The position numbers and the translations under genes were made by a program. A stretch of 64,000 nucleotides of DNA. It comes from Planctomycetota bacterium. GTDB taxonomy: Bacteria; Planctomycetota; PLA2; JAEUHO01. The notes under the pieces are model-generated. The model was not told where the DNA came from and did not search any database. It saw only the letters and a program-made list of their open reading frames with translations. The stretch's first letter is position 1; every line of letters begins with the position of its first letter. Of this stretch, positions 8,925 to 18,759 are shown one piece after another. The stretch is from positions 128,001-192,000 of the forward strand of contig JBFWRP010000003.1 in assembly GCA_050248855.1 (NCBI GenBank), read 5' to 3'.

Positions 8925-11900
8925 ATGATCCACGGAACGACCAGGCGAACGAAGTCCACGGTCCGGAGCCTTGCGCTCCTCGCGATGCTTGTCGCAGCCG
9001 CCGGTTGCGGCGGCGGCGGCACCGGTGGCGGCGGCACGACCCCGTCCGTCAGCGTGTCCAGCACCCTCCTGCCGCTGTTGAGCTCGGGCCAGTCGTTGCC
9101 CGGCGATGGCTACGCCCTGCCCATCACGGGCGGCTGCGGCGGCCCCTACGTGATCCGCGTCATCGGCGGCGCCCTGCCGGACGGGATCACGATCGACGAC
9201 CGCCAGGCCAACATCACGGCCCCGGGCAACCCCGCCGAGCACCGCCACCACCTCGTCGGCTCGGCGCTCGAGGACGGCGTGTTCTCGTTCCGCCTCGAGA
9301 TCGTGGACCGCGGCTGCCGCCCGGCGGTCTCGAGCACGGCCGCCTTCACGTGGACGGTGGCTCGCGGCTTGGTGGCGATCATGGGCGCGACGCCCGCCAT
9401 CGTGCCGGTCGCCCTCTACAACGACCCGCTCAAGTACCCCGACGTGGACGCCCTGCAGAAGACCGTGTACGGCAGCTTCAGCAGCATCACGTTCACGGTG
9501 GCGGGCGGCGTGGGGCCCTACGTCTGCGCCATCATCGACGACCCGGCCGACCCGGACGACGACGACGGCTTGCCCTTCGGCGTGGTCATGCCTCCCTCGT
9601 CGTGCAGCATCGTCGGCTCGCCCCAGCAGGTGGGCAACGGCGGGCGGCCGTTCCGCTTCACGCTGCGCGCCACGGACAGCGTCGGCCAGTCGGCCACGCG
9701 CAAGTTCCAGTGGAAGATCGACACGCCGCCGATGATCGTCGGCTCGGCCGACATCACGGACGGCGTGGCAGGCGCCACCTACGGTGATGCCATCCAGATC
9801 GTGGATGGCGTACCGCCCTTCAAGTTCGAGCTCACGGCCGACATCCCGACCGACCTGGACAACGTCGGCCCGGGGTGGACCTACAACCCCCCGGCTGCGC
9901 CGGTGTTCCCGTCCCTGAGCGGCTTCACGGTCGCCCCGACCGGCGAGGCCAACAACAAGCTGACGCCCGCCAGCTACCCGGCGCCTGCTGCGGTGGGGCC
10001 CTACTACCCGGCCCCGCCCGAGGGCCTGTTCATCACGGAAGACGGCGGTCAGGCCGGTTCGATCAGCGGCGTGCCGCGTCGCTACGGCAGCTTCACGATC
10101 AACGTCCACGCGTACAGCTCGACCGTGCCCAACGAGCGCGGCCAGCACGCCTTCGCGCAGTACCAGTTCAACATCGGCAGCGGTGTGCCGCTGCTGATGG
10201 TGGACTCGTTCCTGGTCGACGGCAACGGCAGCAACACCTTCCTGGCCAACACGCCCGACGGCGTGGGCACCTTGCCCGAGTTCGAGGTGCTCCAGCCCCG
10301 CACCACGCAGATGGTCGCCTCGGGCGGCGTGCCTTTCGACGGCTGGACCGATGCGCCGCACAGGAACCAGCGCGCGTTGGACCTGGGCGAGGTTGCCGGC
10401 ACGTACGACTGGTCCGTCGTGTCCTGGGACTCGCGGTCGATCGGCTGGCATCCGTCCAACACCCCGGCGGGTCGCCCGACCGGCATCGACGCGGACATCA
10501 CGGGTCGGATCTTCACCACGAACAACGGCCTGGACCTCGTCCGGCAGGGCCGCCAGGTGATCCAGGTGGCCGTCGCCGACCGTCGGCTGCCCACCCCCCA
10601 GACCGACGTGCACGAGATGGCGCTCTCGGTCGGTCCGGACGTGATCATCCTGACGGAGAGCAACCAGTCGTGCGTCACGACGACCGGAAGCACTTACGAC
10701 TCCGAGATGCACAACGACTCGATGTTCATCAAGAAGCTCCAGATCGTGAACAACGTGGCCCAGCGCTCGCCGCTGGACGGCACCGACATGGCCGCTACGC
10801 ACGTCGTGCCCGCGGCCGCCAACCTCAATGCCCTGTCCAACCCGCTGGGTCGTCTGCTCTCCGGCGTGGGCAAGGCCACGTACACCGGCACCGGTCGGAA
10901 CGCGGGCGCGGCCGATCTCATGCGCGTGGTCGTGAACGCGACGGGCTGGTGGAACGACTCGTGGAACCTCCATCCCAAGGGCGCACGAGCCTTCCAGAAC
11001 GTCGATGCGGGCAAGACCTACTACGAGTACTACGGCAACGAGTACTACTGCTACTCGTCGAACGCCGAGACGTCGGCGGTGGACCTGCCCGACATCGTGG
11101 ACGGCAGCGTCGTGGCCGATGTGGGCCAGGGCGTCTACACGGACGGCGGCAGGCTCTACACGTTCGAGAACGACACGCACTTCGGCGTGTTCATCATCCG
11201 CCAAGACGGCAAGATCTTCGTGCCGTTCGCGCTCCAGAAGGGCACGTGGCAGGGCTTCGGCGACTACTGCCAGGCCGCTCTGCAGGGCACCGGTGCCGGC
11301 GCGCCGACGGCCAGCCACATGCGCATGGTGCACCTGGGCGTGTCGCCCAACGGCCGCTGGGCTGCCATGAAGATCATGAGCTCCCCGACCAACCTCTACG
11401 AGACGACGAGCCAGTCGCGCGCCATCCTCATGGACTTGGCGGGTACGAAGGCCTTCTCGGGCGAGAACTACCGCATCGTGTCGCCGGCCCTCGCGAGCGG
11501 CTACTTGATGGCCGACACCCTGACGCTGACCAACTCGCACCTGTACATGAGCGTGTCGGCCACGAACCCGGGCTACGCCTACGGCTGGCTGCAGCACCGC
11601 GTCCTGCGCGAGCAGATCGTGGGTGGCACGGGCACGGCGCCCTTCGCGCCCGGCGTGCCCAGCAACAACGCGAGCCAGTACCTGAGCCTGCCCTACCACA
11701 ACCTCGGGACGTCCTACCTCTCGAGCTCGTGGAACGGCACGACCGTCTACTGCAACTACTACGCGTACTTCAGCTGCCATGGCACCAACCGGCATGAAGA
11801 CGAGTCGGCGCCGATCCCGTTCCGCGTGAGCGCGGATGGCTCGACCTGCGCCATGATCGCCGGTCCCTACAACGGAAGCGTGGCCGGCACCTTGGCCTTC

Positions 11901-13490
11901 GAGTTCCACGCCTGGGTGGACAAGGACGGCGCGGGCTTCGTGCAGGTGAGCTCCACGGATCGCAAGGCGCCGTATGGTGGCGCTCGCGCGCATCGCGTGC
12001 GGTTCGGGAACACCTACTACACGTACGGTGGCATGGCGCAGTGGGGCAAGCACGAGGGACCGAGCGGTGGCTTGGAGCTGTCGGACAACGGCAACCGCTT
12101 GGCCTACACCTACAGCGAGGCCACATCGCTCAACCAGAGCTACTACTACAGCTCGTACCAGGCCTACTACAACCTGGAGTGGTTGAGCAACCGGATGAAC
12201 ATCATCTCGATCTCGACGACCGACAGCTGGGCTACCCGGACCGAGATCAACGTGACGTCCGCCTACTTCACCGGCTCGCACTTCTGGCGCTTCGGCGGCC
12301 TCGCGTTCTCCCGTGACGGCAACCGGCTCTTCTTCTTCGGGGGCAAGAGCCTGCTCGACGGGAACGGCACGACGGACTACGCCTACTGGACGACCGCGGT
12401 CTACAACGCGTCCTGCTGGGTCGGCGGTACGTACTACATGTACGACTACGCCAACCCCAACCAGGTCCGTTCGCTCCTCCCGACGACCGCCGGTGGGACC
12501 GGTAGCAACACGTACACGGCGGGCTCGCCCTTCAACCCGACGGCGGGCACGAACAGCACGAACTGGGGCGTGGTCACCCCGATGGGCGGCTTCTGGTCCC
12601 AGGATGGCCGCTTCCTCTACGTGTGCGCGGGTCACCCGATCGAGTCCTCGAACAACACGTGCAACCGGTTGGTGGCGATCAACACCACCACGGCGACCAT
12701 CAACGGCCGCGGCGCCTCGACGGGCTTCGCCGTCGAAAGCTGGCCCACGCAACGTGGCCTGTTCGGCATGTACTCCAACGCCGGCTGCTACTACGGCGGC
12801 ATGCTCACGTACCTCGGTACGGGAGCCCATGACATCGCGCGCATCAAGATGGCCAAGGACACGGGCATCGTGTTCTTCGCGACCCATTCCTGCCGGTACT
12901 CGACGACACCCAGCACGTCCTACGGGTTCGCGTACAACATCTCCTACAACAGCACGTACATGAAGGACGCCGGGCACGTGGAGTGCTTCGCTTCCAACGT
13001 GGGAGGCGCGGTGCAGCGCCTGACGACCTTCAGCAACGACGGCACGCTCACGTCGCCGCGCGGTCGAGGCATCCACTTCGTGCAGCCCACCGATGCCGGA
13101 GACCGCTTGGTGTTCATCTACGACATCGGCGCGACGGGTGGCGTGTCGGAGTACCTGCACTACGCGAGCAACGAGGGCATCGGGTACATCGCAAACATCC
13201 AGCTGCACCCGACCACGGGGGCCCTGCTGGGCCGGACCCAGACGCAGCTCGAGGGCACCGAGGGCACGTCGACCGGGCAGGTCGGCACGGCCCAGGGGCG
13301 CGCGGGCAGCTCCGTGGCGTTCGGCACCGACGGGCAGCGGGTCTACTACTCGTTCGGCCCGTCGGCGACCAACGAGAACGCCCGGACGGTCGCGGCGCCG
13401 CGGATCGACGGTGCGGGCAACGTCGGGGCGGGAACGACCACCCGCTTCGGCACCGGCAGCCGCGACAGCATCCTGCACGCCGGGCGCTAG
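8925..13490 (+). CDS. Giant surface lipoprotein, array copy 1 (1521 aa; Ig-like stalk plus propeller-like Tyr-rich head)
   Basis: ATG 8925 after GGGAG; lipobox AAG-C-GGGG; putative-Ig-type motifs (GGCGGPY...LPDGITID...G.F.F.L); SPNGR/SADGS/SDNGNR/SRDGNR/SQDGR/TDGQR blade motifs. Confidence 0.85.
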   Translation: MIHGTTRRTKSTVRSLALLAMLVAAAGCGGGGTGGGGTTPSVSVSSTLLPLLSSGQSLPGDGYALPITGGCGGPYVIRVIGGALPDGITIDDRQANITAPGNPAEHRHHLVGSALEDGVFSFRLEIVDRGCRPAVSSTAAFTWTVARGLVAIMGATPAIVPVALYNDPLKYPDVDALQKTVYGSFSSITFTVAGGVGPYVCAIIDDPADPDDDDGLPFGVVMPPSSCSIVGSPQQVGNGGRPFRFTLRATDSVGQSATRKFQWKIDTPPMIVGSADITDGVAGATYGDAIQIVDGVPPFKFELTADIPTDLDNVGPGWTYNPPAAPVFPSLSGFTVAPTGEANNKLTPASYPAPAAVGPYYPAPPEGLFITEDGGQAGSISGVPRRYGSFTINVHAYSSTVPNERGQHAFAQYQFNIGSGVPLLMVDSFLVDGNGSNTFLANTPDGVGTLPEFEVLQPRTTQMVASGGVPFDGWTDAPHRNQRALDLGEVAGTYDWSVVSWDSRSIGWHPSNTPAGRPTGIDADITGRIFTTNNGLDLVRQGRQVIQVAVADRRLPTPQTDVHEMALSVGPDVIILTESNQSCVTTTGSTYDSEMHNDSMFIKKLQIVNNVAQRSPLDGTDMAATHVVPAAANLNALSNPLGRLLSGVGKATYTGTGRNAGAADLMRVVVNATGWWNDSWNLHPKGARAFQNVDAGKTYYEYYGNEYYCYSSNAETSAVDLPDIVDGSVVADVGQGVYTDGGRLYTFENDTHFGVFIIRQDGKIFVPFALQKGTWQGFGDYCQAALQGTGAGAPTASHMRMVHLGVSPNGRWAAMKIMSSPTNLYETTSQSRAILMDLAGTKAFSGENYRIVSPALASGYLMADTLTLTNSHLYMSVSATNPGYAYGWLQHRVLREQIVGGTGTAPFAPGVPSNNASQYLSLPYHNLGTSYLSSSWNGTTVYCNYYAYFSCHGTNRHEDESAPIPFRVSADGSTCAMIAGPYNGSVAGTLAFEFHAWVDKDGAGFVQVSSTDRKAPYGGARAHRVRFGNTYYTYGGMAQWGKHEGPSGGLELSDNGNRLAYTYSEATSLNQSYYYSSYQAYYNLEWLSNRMNIISISTTDSWATRTEINVTSAYFTGSHFWRFGGLAFSRDGNRLFFFGGKSLLDGNGTTDYAYWTTAVYNASCWVGGTYYMYDYANPNQVRSLLPTTAGGTGSNTYTAGSPFNPTAGTNSTNWGVVTPMGGFWSQDGRFLYVCAGHPIESSNNTCNRLVAINTTTATINGRGASTGFAVESWPTQRGLFGMYSNAGCYYGGMLTYLGTGAHDIARIKMAKDTGIVFFATHSCRYSTTPSTSYGFAYNISYNSTYMKDAGHVECFASNVGGAVQRLTTFSNDGTLTSPRGRGIHFVQPTDAGDRLVFIYDIGATGGVSEYLHYASNEGIGYIANIQLHPTTGALLGRTQTQLEGTEGTSTGQVGTAQGRAGSSVAFGTDGQRVYYSFGPSATNENARTVAAPRIDGAGNVGAGTTTRFGTGSRDSILHAGR

Positions 13491-13521
13491 CCCCTCGCAT
13501 CCCCGGGCTGCAACGCCCCCC

Positions 13522-13565
13522 GCGACGCCCCCGGCCCTGTCGGCCGGGGGCGTCGCTCCCGTTTT
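13522..13565 (+). terminator. Intrinsic terminator after copy 1
   Basis: Perfect 15-bp stem GCGACGCCCCCGGCC/GGCCGGGGGCGTCGC, 5-nt loop, then TCCCGTTTT. Confidence 0.75.
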
Positions 13566-13642
13566 GGGGCCTGCGGCGCATCGCGGCACACGACGTGGAA
13601 ACCTGGGACTCCTGGCTATCTCGGATCCAGATCCTGGCCTTG

Positions 13643-13676
13643 CTGGCAACTGCGGATCGGTGGTACGGTCGCGGCA
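13643..13676 (+). promoter_or_regulatory. Promoter of copy 2 (CTGGCAAC-N10-TGGTACG; degenerate sigma54 -12, or sigma70 extended -10)
   Basis: TGGTACGGTCGCGGCA = GG-N10-GC; the same bases also read as TTGCTG-18-TACGGT with a TG extension. Confidence 0.55.
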
Positions 13677-14015
13677 CTGGGTCAGGCCCTCCAGGGCGCA
13701 TCGTGCGTCCGACCGGGCCAGGAGCAGGCCCGGGCGTCCGCCTGCGGACGCGTTGAAGTCGACGCCTGGAGGCCCGTCAGGCGGCGAATTCGGGAGAATT
13801 CGCTTCCCTGCGACCTGCAGGCGTGTCGGCCGCGATGCCCATGATCGTTGGTTGGGCAAGCCCTTCGCACCCGCCCACGTGGCCTTCCAAGCGACGCGGG
13901 AGCTGCATGCGGGGCCTGCCCCGACCGCCGCTTTCGGGCCCCTTTCGCGTCCGGCGACACACGCAATCATCGGCTGGAAACACGCTTTCCAATCGAAGCC
14001 ATCGAAGGAGCGAGC

Positions 14016-17000
14016 ATGTCACACAACTTGAATTGGAAACAGGGTATCCGCATGGCGCGGCTCGCCCCCGTCGTTCTGGCCCTTCTCGCCCTGATGATGG
14101 GCTCCGGGTGTGGAGGCGGTGGCGGAGGTGGTTTCGCAGGTACCACGCCGACGCTCTCCCTCTCCAGCAGCTTGCTCCCCCTCCTCAGCTCGGGCCAGGC
14201 CCTCTCCGGGGACGGGTTCGCCCTCCCGATCCAGGGCGGGTGCGGCGGTCCCTACACGATCCGCCTGATCGCCGGCGAGCTGCCCGACGGCGTCTCGATC
14301 GACGATCGCCAGGCCAACATCGACGGGCCCGGCATGCCCGCGGCCGACCGCCACCACTTGGTGGGAACGGCCCTGGAGGACGGCACCTTCGCCTTCCGCC
14401 TGGAGATCCTGGACCGCGGCTGCAAGCCCGCCGTCTCGATGACCGCCGACTTCTCCTGGAGCGTCACCCAGGGCGCCGTGACCATCGTGGACTCGACCCC
14501 GCCCAGCATCCCGGTGGCCGTCTACAACGACCCCTTCAAGTACAGCGACGTCGACGCGCTCGACAAGACGGTGTACGGCGACTTCACGAGCATCACCTTC
14601 CAGGTCGCCGGCGGTGTGGGTCCCTACACGTGCGCGATCGTCGACGACCCCGCCGACCCCGATGACGACGACGGCCTCCCGTTCGGCGTCGTGATGCCGC
14701 CGGCGTCCTGCAGCATCGTGGGCTCGCCCCAGCAGGTCGGCGATGGCGGCAAGCCCTTCCGCTTCACGGTCCTTGCCACCGACAGCGTCGGCAGCACCGC
14801 GGTCCGCAAGTTCCAGTGGAAGATCGACACGCCGCCGATGATCGTCGGTTCCGCCGACATCACGGACGGCACGGCGGGCGACGCCTACGGCGACGCGATC
14901 CAGATCGTGGACGGCGTGCCGCCGTTCAAGTTCGAGCTCACGGCGGACCTGCCTACCGACCTCGACAACACGAGCGCGGCCTGGGTCTACAGCCCGCCGT
15001 TGGCGCCCACCTTCCCGTCGATCAGCGGCTTCACGGTGGCGCCCACGGGCGAGGCCGACAACAAGCTGACGGCCGCTGCCTACCCGGCTCCGGCTGCATT
15101 CGGCCCCTACTACCCCGCCCCGCCCGAGGGCCTCTTCATCGTCGAAGACGGTGGCCAGGCTGGAAGCCTCACCGGCGTGCCGCGGCGCTATGGTTCGTTC
15201 ACGATCAACGTCCATGCCTACAGCGCGACCGTGCCCAACGAGCGCGGTCAGCATGCCTTCGCGCAGTTCGACTTCGACATCGCCGCGGGCATCCCGCTCG
15301 AGATGGTGGACACCTTCGTCGTCGATGGCAACGGCAGCAACTCGTTCGTCGCCGCGACGCCGGATGGTGTCGCGACCCTTCCCGAGTTCGAGGTCGGCCA
15401 GCCCCGCACCACGCAGATGGTGGCCCAGGGCGGCGTGCCGTTCGACGGGTTCACGGATGCCCCGCATTCCAGCCAGCGCCTGCTGGACCTGGGCGAGGTG
15501 GCGGGCACCTACGACTGGTCCGTGAGCAGCTGGGACAGCCGTGGCGAAGGGTGGCACCCCGGCAACGTCCCCGCCGGTCGCCCGACGGGCATCGATGCCA
15601 ACATCACCGGCCAGATCTTCACGACGAACGGCGGCCTCGACCTGCAGCGCCAGGGCCGTCAGGTCATCGAGGTGACGGTCAGCGACCGCCGCCTGCCGAC
15701 ACCGCAGACGGACTCCAACGAGATGGCCCTCTCCGTCGGCCCGGATGTGCTGATCATCACGGAGAGCCGCCAGTCGGCCGTGATCACGACCGGCAGCACG
15801 TACGACAGCACGCACCACAACGACTCCCTGTTCGTCAAGCGCATGCAGATCGTCAACAACTCGGCGCAGATCTCGCCGCTCGACGCCTCCGACCTGCCGG
15901 CGACGCACATCGTGCCGGCCGTGGCAAACCTGAACGCCCTCACCAACCCCCTTGGCCGCCTGCTCTCCGGCGTGGGCAAGCCCACCTACACGGGTACGGG
16001 TCGCGACGGCTCGGGCAGCGACATCATCCGCGTCGTGGTCAATGCCACCGGGTGGTGGGACGACACGTGGAACCTCCACCCGCGGGCGGCGCGCGCCTTC
16101 AGCCACGCGGACGCGGACAAGGCCTACTACGAGTACTACGGCGACTACTACAACTACGGCGCCAACCCGGACGCCACCGCGGTGGCCCTGCCGGACATCA
16201 CGGATGGCAGCGTGGCCCATCAGCCGGGCCTCGGCGTCTACACCAACGGCGGCAAGCTGTACGCCTTCGAGAACGACAGCCACTTCGGCGTGTTCGTCCT
16301 CCGGGAGGACGGGAAGGTCTATGTGCCGTTCGCCATGCAGAAGGGCTCGTGGACGGGCTTCGGCGACAACGTCGTCGCCCAGCTCCAGGGCACGGGCGCG
16401 GGCGCTCCCACCGACAGCCAGATGCGCACCATCAGCTTCGGCATCTCGCCCAACGGCCGCTTCGGCGTCATGAAGATCATGTCCAACCCGACCAACTACA
16501 ACGAGACCGGCTCGCAGTCGCGCGCCGTCCTTTTGGACTTGGCGGGGCAGAAGGCCTTCGGCGGCCTGACGTACAAGATCGTCGCCATGCCCACGACGTC
16601 CGGCCGGATCATGGCCGACGCGCTGACGCTTACCAACGAGTACCTGTACGGCATCATCAACCGGACCAACGGAGCGTATCCCTACGCCTACATCCAGCAC
16701 AATGTCTGGCGTGAGTCGATCCTCTCGGGGACCGGGACGGCGATCTTCGCGCCTGGCCTGCCCAGCAACACGACGTCGACGTACTTGAGCCTGCCGTACC
16801 ACACCACGGGGGTCTACTCGTACATCGGCAGCTCGTGGAACGGCACGACCGTCTACACGACCTACTACACCTACTCGGGCGGTGACTCCAAGAACCAGTA
16901 CGAGGACGGCACGGCGCCGATCCCCTTCCGGGTGAGTGCCGACGGCTCGACCTGCGCCGTCATGTGCGGGGTCTACAACGGGCAGACGCTGGGCACCAGC

Positions 17001-18596
17001 ACGTTCATGTACCGGCCCTACGCCGACAAGGACGGCGCAGGCTTCCGCGTTGCCTCCAGCACGGACCGGCGTGCGCCCTACGGCGGCGCACGGGCTCACC
17101 GTCTTCGCTGGGGTACCGCGTACTACGGGCTCTCGGGCATGACCCAGTGGGGCAAGCACGAGGGGCCGAGCGGCAACTTCGAGATCTCCGACGACGGCAA
17201 CCGCATCGCCTACGGCATCTCGGAGGCATCCAACCTGAGCAGCGGGACGTGGTACTCGTCGTACCAGTGCTACTACAACACCAACTTCCGCGTGTCGCGC
17301 ATGAACGTCTGGATCGCGTCCACGACGGACGACTGGATCTCGTACAGCCAGGTGTCGCCGACGGCGAGCTACTTCGGCGGCTCCCACTACTGGCGATTCG
17401 GTGGCCTCTCGTTCTCCCGTGACGGCAACCGGCTGTTCTTCTTCGGCGGCATCAGCCAGAAGGATGCGCTCGGAAGCACGGACTACGGCTACTACTCGAC
17501 CAACGCCTACAACGCCTCGGCCTGGGTGACGGGCACGTACTACCTGTACGACTTCGCGAGCAGCACGCAGGTGCGTTCGGTCATCCCGAGCTCGGCGGGC
17601 GGCACGGGCTCCAACACGTACACGACGTCGCAGCCTTTCAGCCCGAGCGGCGGCAACCTCACGACGAACTGGGGCGTGGTCGCGCCATTCGGCGGCTTCT
17701 GGTCGCAGGACGGGCGCTTCCTCTACATCGACACGGGTCACCCCATGACCTCGTCCAACGGCACGTGCCACCGGCTCATCGGCATCAACACCACGGGCGG
17801 TTCCATCAACGGCAAGCAGGCCAACACCGGCTTCGAGCTCGGGAGCTGGCCGACCCAGCGGGGCTTCCTGAGCAACTACTCGACCGGAGGGATGTACTAC
17901 GGCGGCATGCTGCCGTACCTGACGCCAGCCGGCACGCACCAGCTCGCCCGCATCAAGATGGCCGAGGACACGGGTATCGTGTTCTTCGCCACGCACTCGA
18001 TGCGCTACTCGGCGGGCCCGAGCACCAGCTACGCAAGCGTGTTCACGCAGTACTACAGCAGCACGTATGGCAAGGACGCCGGCCATGTGGAGTGCTTCGC
18101 CTCCAACGTGGGCGGGGCCGTGCAGCGGCTGACGCAGTTCTCCAACGACGGCAGCATCACGGCGGCCCGTGGGCGCGGCATCAACTTCATCGACGTCACG
18201 GACCAGGGCGACCGGCTGGCCTTCATCTACGACAACGGTGCATCCGGTAGCACGAGCGAGTACCTGCGCTACGCCAACAAGGAAGGCATCTGCTACATCG
18301 CCAGCATCCAGCTGAACCCCACCACGGGCCAGCTGGTGAACCGCGTCCAGACGCTGCTCGAAGGCAACGAGGGCGGCGCCGGCGTCGTGGGCGGCTCGAC
18401 CGGTCGGGCGGGCGGCTCCCTGGCCTTCGGCACCGACGGGCAGCGGATCTACTACGCGTTCGGCCCCAACGCCTCGGACGAGAACCAGCGCACGCTCTGT
18501 GGGCCGCGGATCGATGGCTCGGGCGCCCTCGCCTCGGGCACGGGAACGCGCTTCGGCACGGGGAACCGTTACCTGGTCCTTCACGCTGGCCGATAA
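14016..18596 (+). CDS. Giant surface lipoprotein, array copy 2 (1526 aa)
   Basis: ATG after GAAGGAG; lipobox GSG-C-GGGG; collinear with copy 1. Confidence 0.85.
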   Translation: MSHNLNWKQGIRMARLAPVVLALLALMMGSGCGGGGGGGFAGTTPTLSLSSSLLPLLSSGQALSGDGFALPIQGGCGGPYTIRLIAGELPDGVSIDDRQANIDGPGMPAADRHHLVGTALEDGTFAFRLEILDRGCKPAVSMTADFSWSVTQGAVTIVDSTPPSIPVAVYNDPFKYSDVDALDKTVYGDFTSITFQVAGGVGPYTCAIVDDPADPDDDDGLPFGVVMPPASCSIVGSPQQVGDGGKPFRFTVLATDSVGSTAVRKFQWKIDTPPMIVGSADITDGTAGDAYGDAIQIVDGVPPFKFELTADLPTDLDNTSAAWVYSPPLAPTFPSISGFTVAPTGEADNKLTAAAYPAPAAFGPYYPAPPEGLFIVEDGGQAGSLTGVPRRYGSFTINVHAYSATVPNERGQHAFAQFDFDIAAGIPLEMVDTFVVDGNGSNSFVAATPDGVATLPEFEVGQPRTTQMVAQGGVPFDGFTDAPHSSQRLLDLGEVAGTYDWSVSSWDSRGEGWHPGNVPAGRPTGIDANITGQIFTTNGGLDLQRQGRQVIEVTVSDRRLPTPQTDSNEMALSVGPDVLIITESRQSAVITTGSTYDSTHHNDSLFVKRMQIVNNSAQISPLDASDLPATHIVPAVANLNALTNPLGRLLSGVGKPTYTGTGRDGSGSDIIRVVVNATGWWDDTWNLHPRAARAFSHADADKAYYEYYGDYYNYGANPDATAVALPDITDGSVAHQPGLGVYTNGGKLYAFENDSHFGVFVLREDGKVYVPFAMQKGSWTGFGDNVVAQLQGTGAGAPTDSQMRTISFGISPNGRFGVMKIMSNPTNYNETGSQSRAVLLDLAGQKAFGGLTYKIVAMPTTSGRIMADALTLTNEYLYGIINRTNGAYPYAYIQHNVWRESILSGTGTAIFAPGLPSNTTSTYLSLPYHTTGVYSYIGSSWNGTTVYTTYYTYSGGDSKNQYEDGTAPIPFRVSADGSTCAVMCGVYNGQTLGTSTFMYRPYADKDGAGFRVASSTDRRAPYGGARAHRLRWGTAYYGLSGMTQWGKHEGPSGNFEISDDGNRIAYGISEASNLSSGTWYSSYQCYYNTNFRVSRMNVWIASTTDDWISYSQVSPTASYFGGSHYWRFGGLSFSRDGNRLFFFGGISQKDALGSTDYGYYSTNAYNASAWVTGTYYLYDFASSTQVRSVIPSSAGGTGSNTYTTSQPFSPSGGNLTTNWGVVAPFGGFWSQDGRFLYIDTGHPMTSSNGTCHRLIGINTTGGSINGKQANTGFELGSWPTQRGFLSNYSTGGMYYGGMLPYLTPAGTHQLARIKMAEDTGIVFFATHSMRYSAGPSTSYASVFTQYYSSTYGKDAGHVECFASNVGGAVQRLTQFSNDGSITAARGRGINFIDVTDQGDRLAFIYDNGASGSTSEYLRYANKEGICYIASIQLNPTTGQLVNRVQTLLEGNEGGAGVVGGSTGRAGGSLAFGTDGQRIYYAFGPNASDENQRTLCGPRIDGSGALASGTGTRFGTGNRYLVLHAGR

Positions 18597-18614
18597 CCCT
18601 GTTTCCAGGGCTTT

Positions 18615-18665
18615 GGGGGCCACGAGGTGCAGCGTGCGGATCCGCACGCTGCTCCCGTGGCCCCC
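18615..18665. terminator. Long hairpin after copy 2 (no U tract)
   Basis: GGGGGCCACG...CGTGGCCCCC arms enclosing the perfect 24-bp palindrome GCAGCGTGCGGATCCGCACGCTGC (18629-18652). Confidence 0.5.
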
Positions 18666-18725
18666 GCTCCAAGCCCCTCCCCAGATGCTCGTGATGCTGC
18701 GCTGATATCCCTGTTTCCTCGGCCT

Positions 18726-18759
18726 CTGGCAACTGCCATCACGTGGTACGGCGATTGCC
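18726..18759 (+). promoter_or_regulatory. sigma54 promoter of copy 3 with upstream CTGGCAAC box
   Basis: CTGGCAAC-N10-TGGTACG-GCGA-TTGC. Confidence 0.72.
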
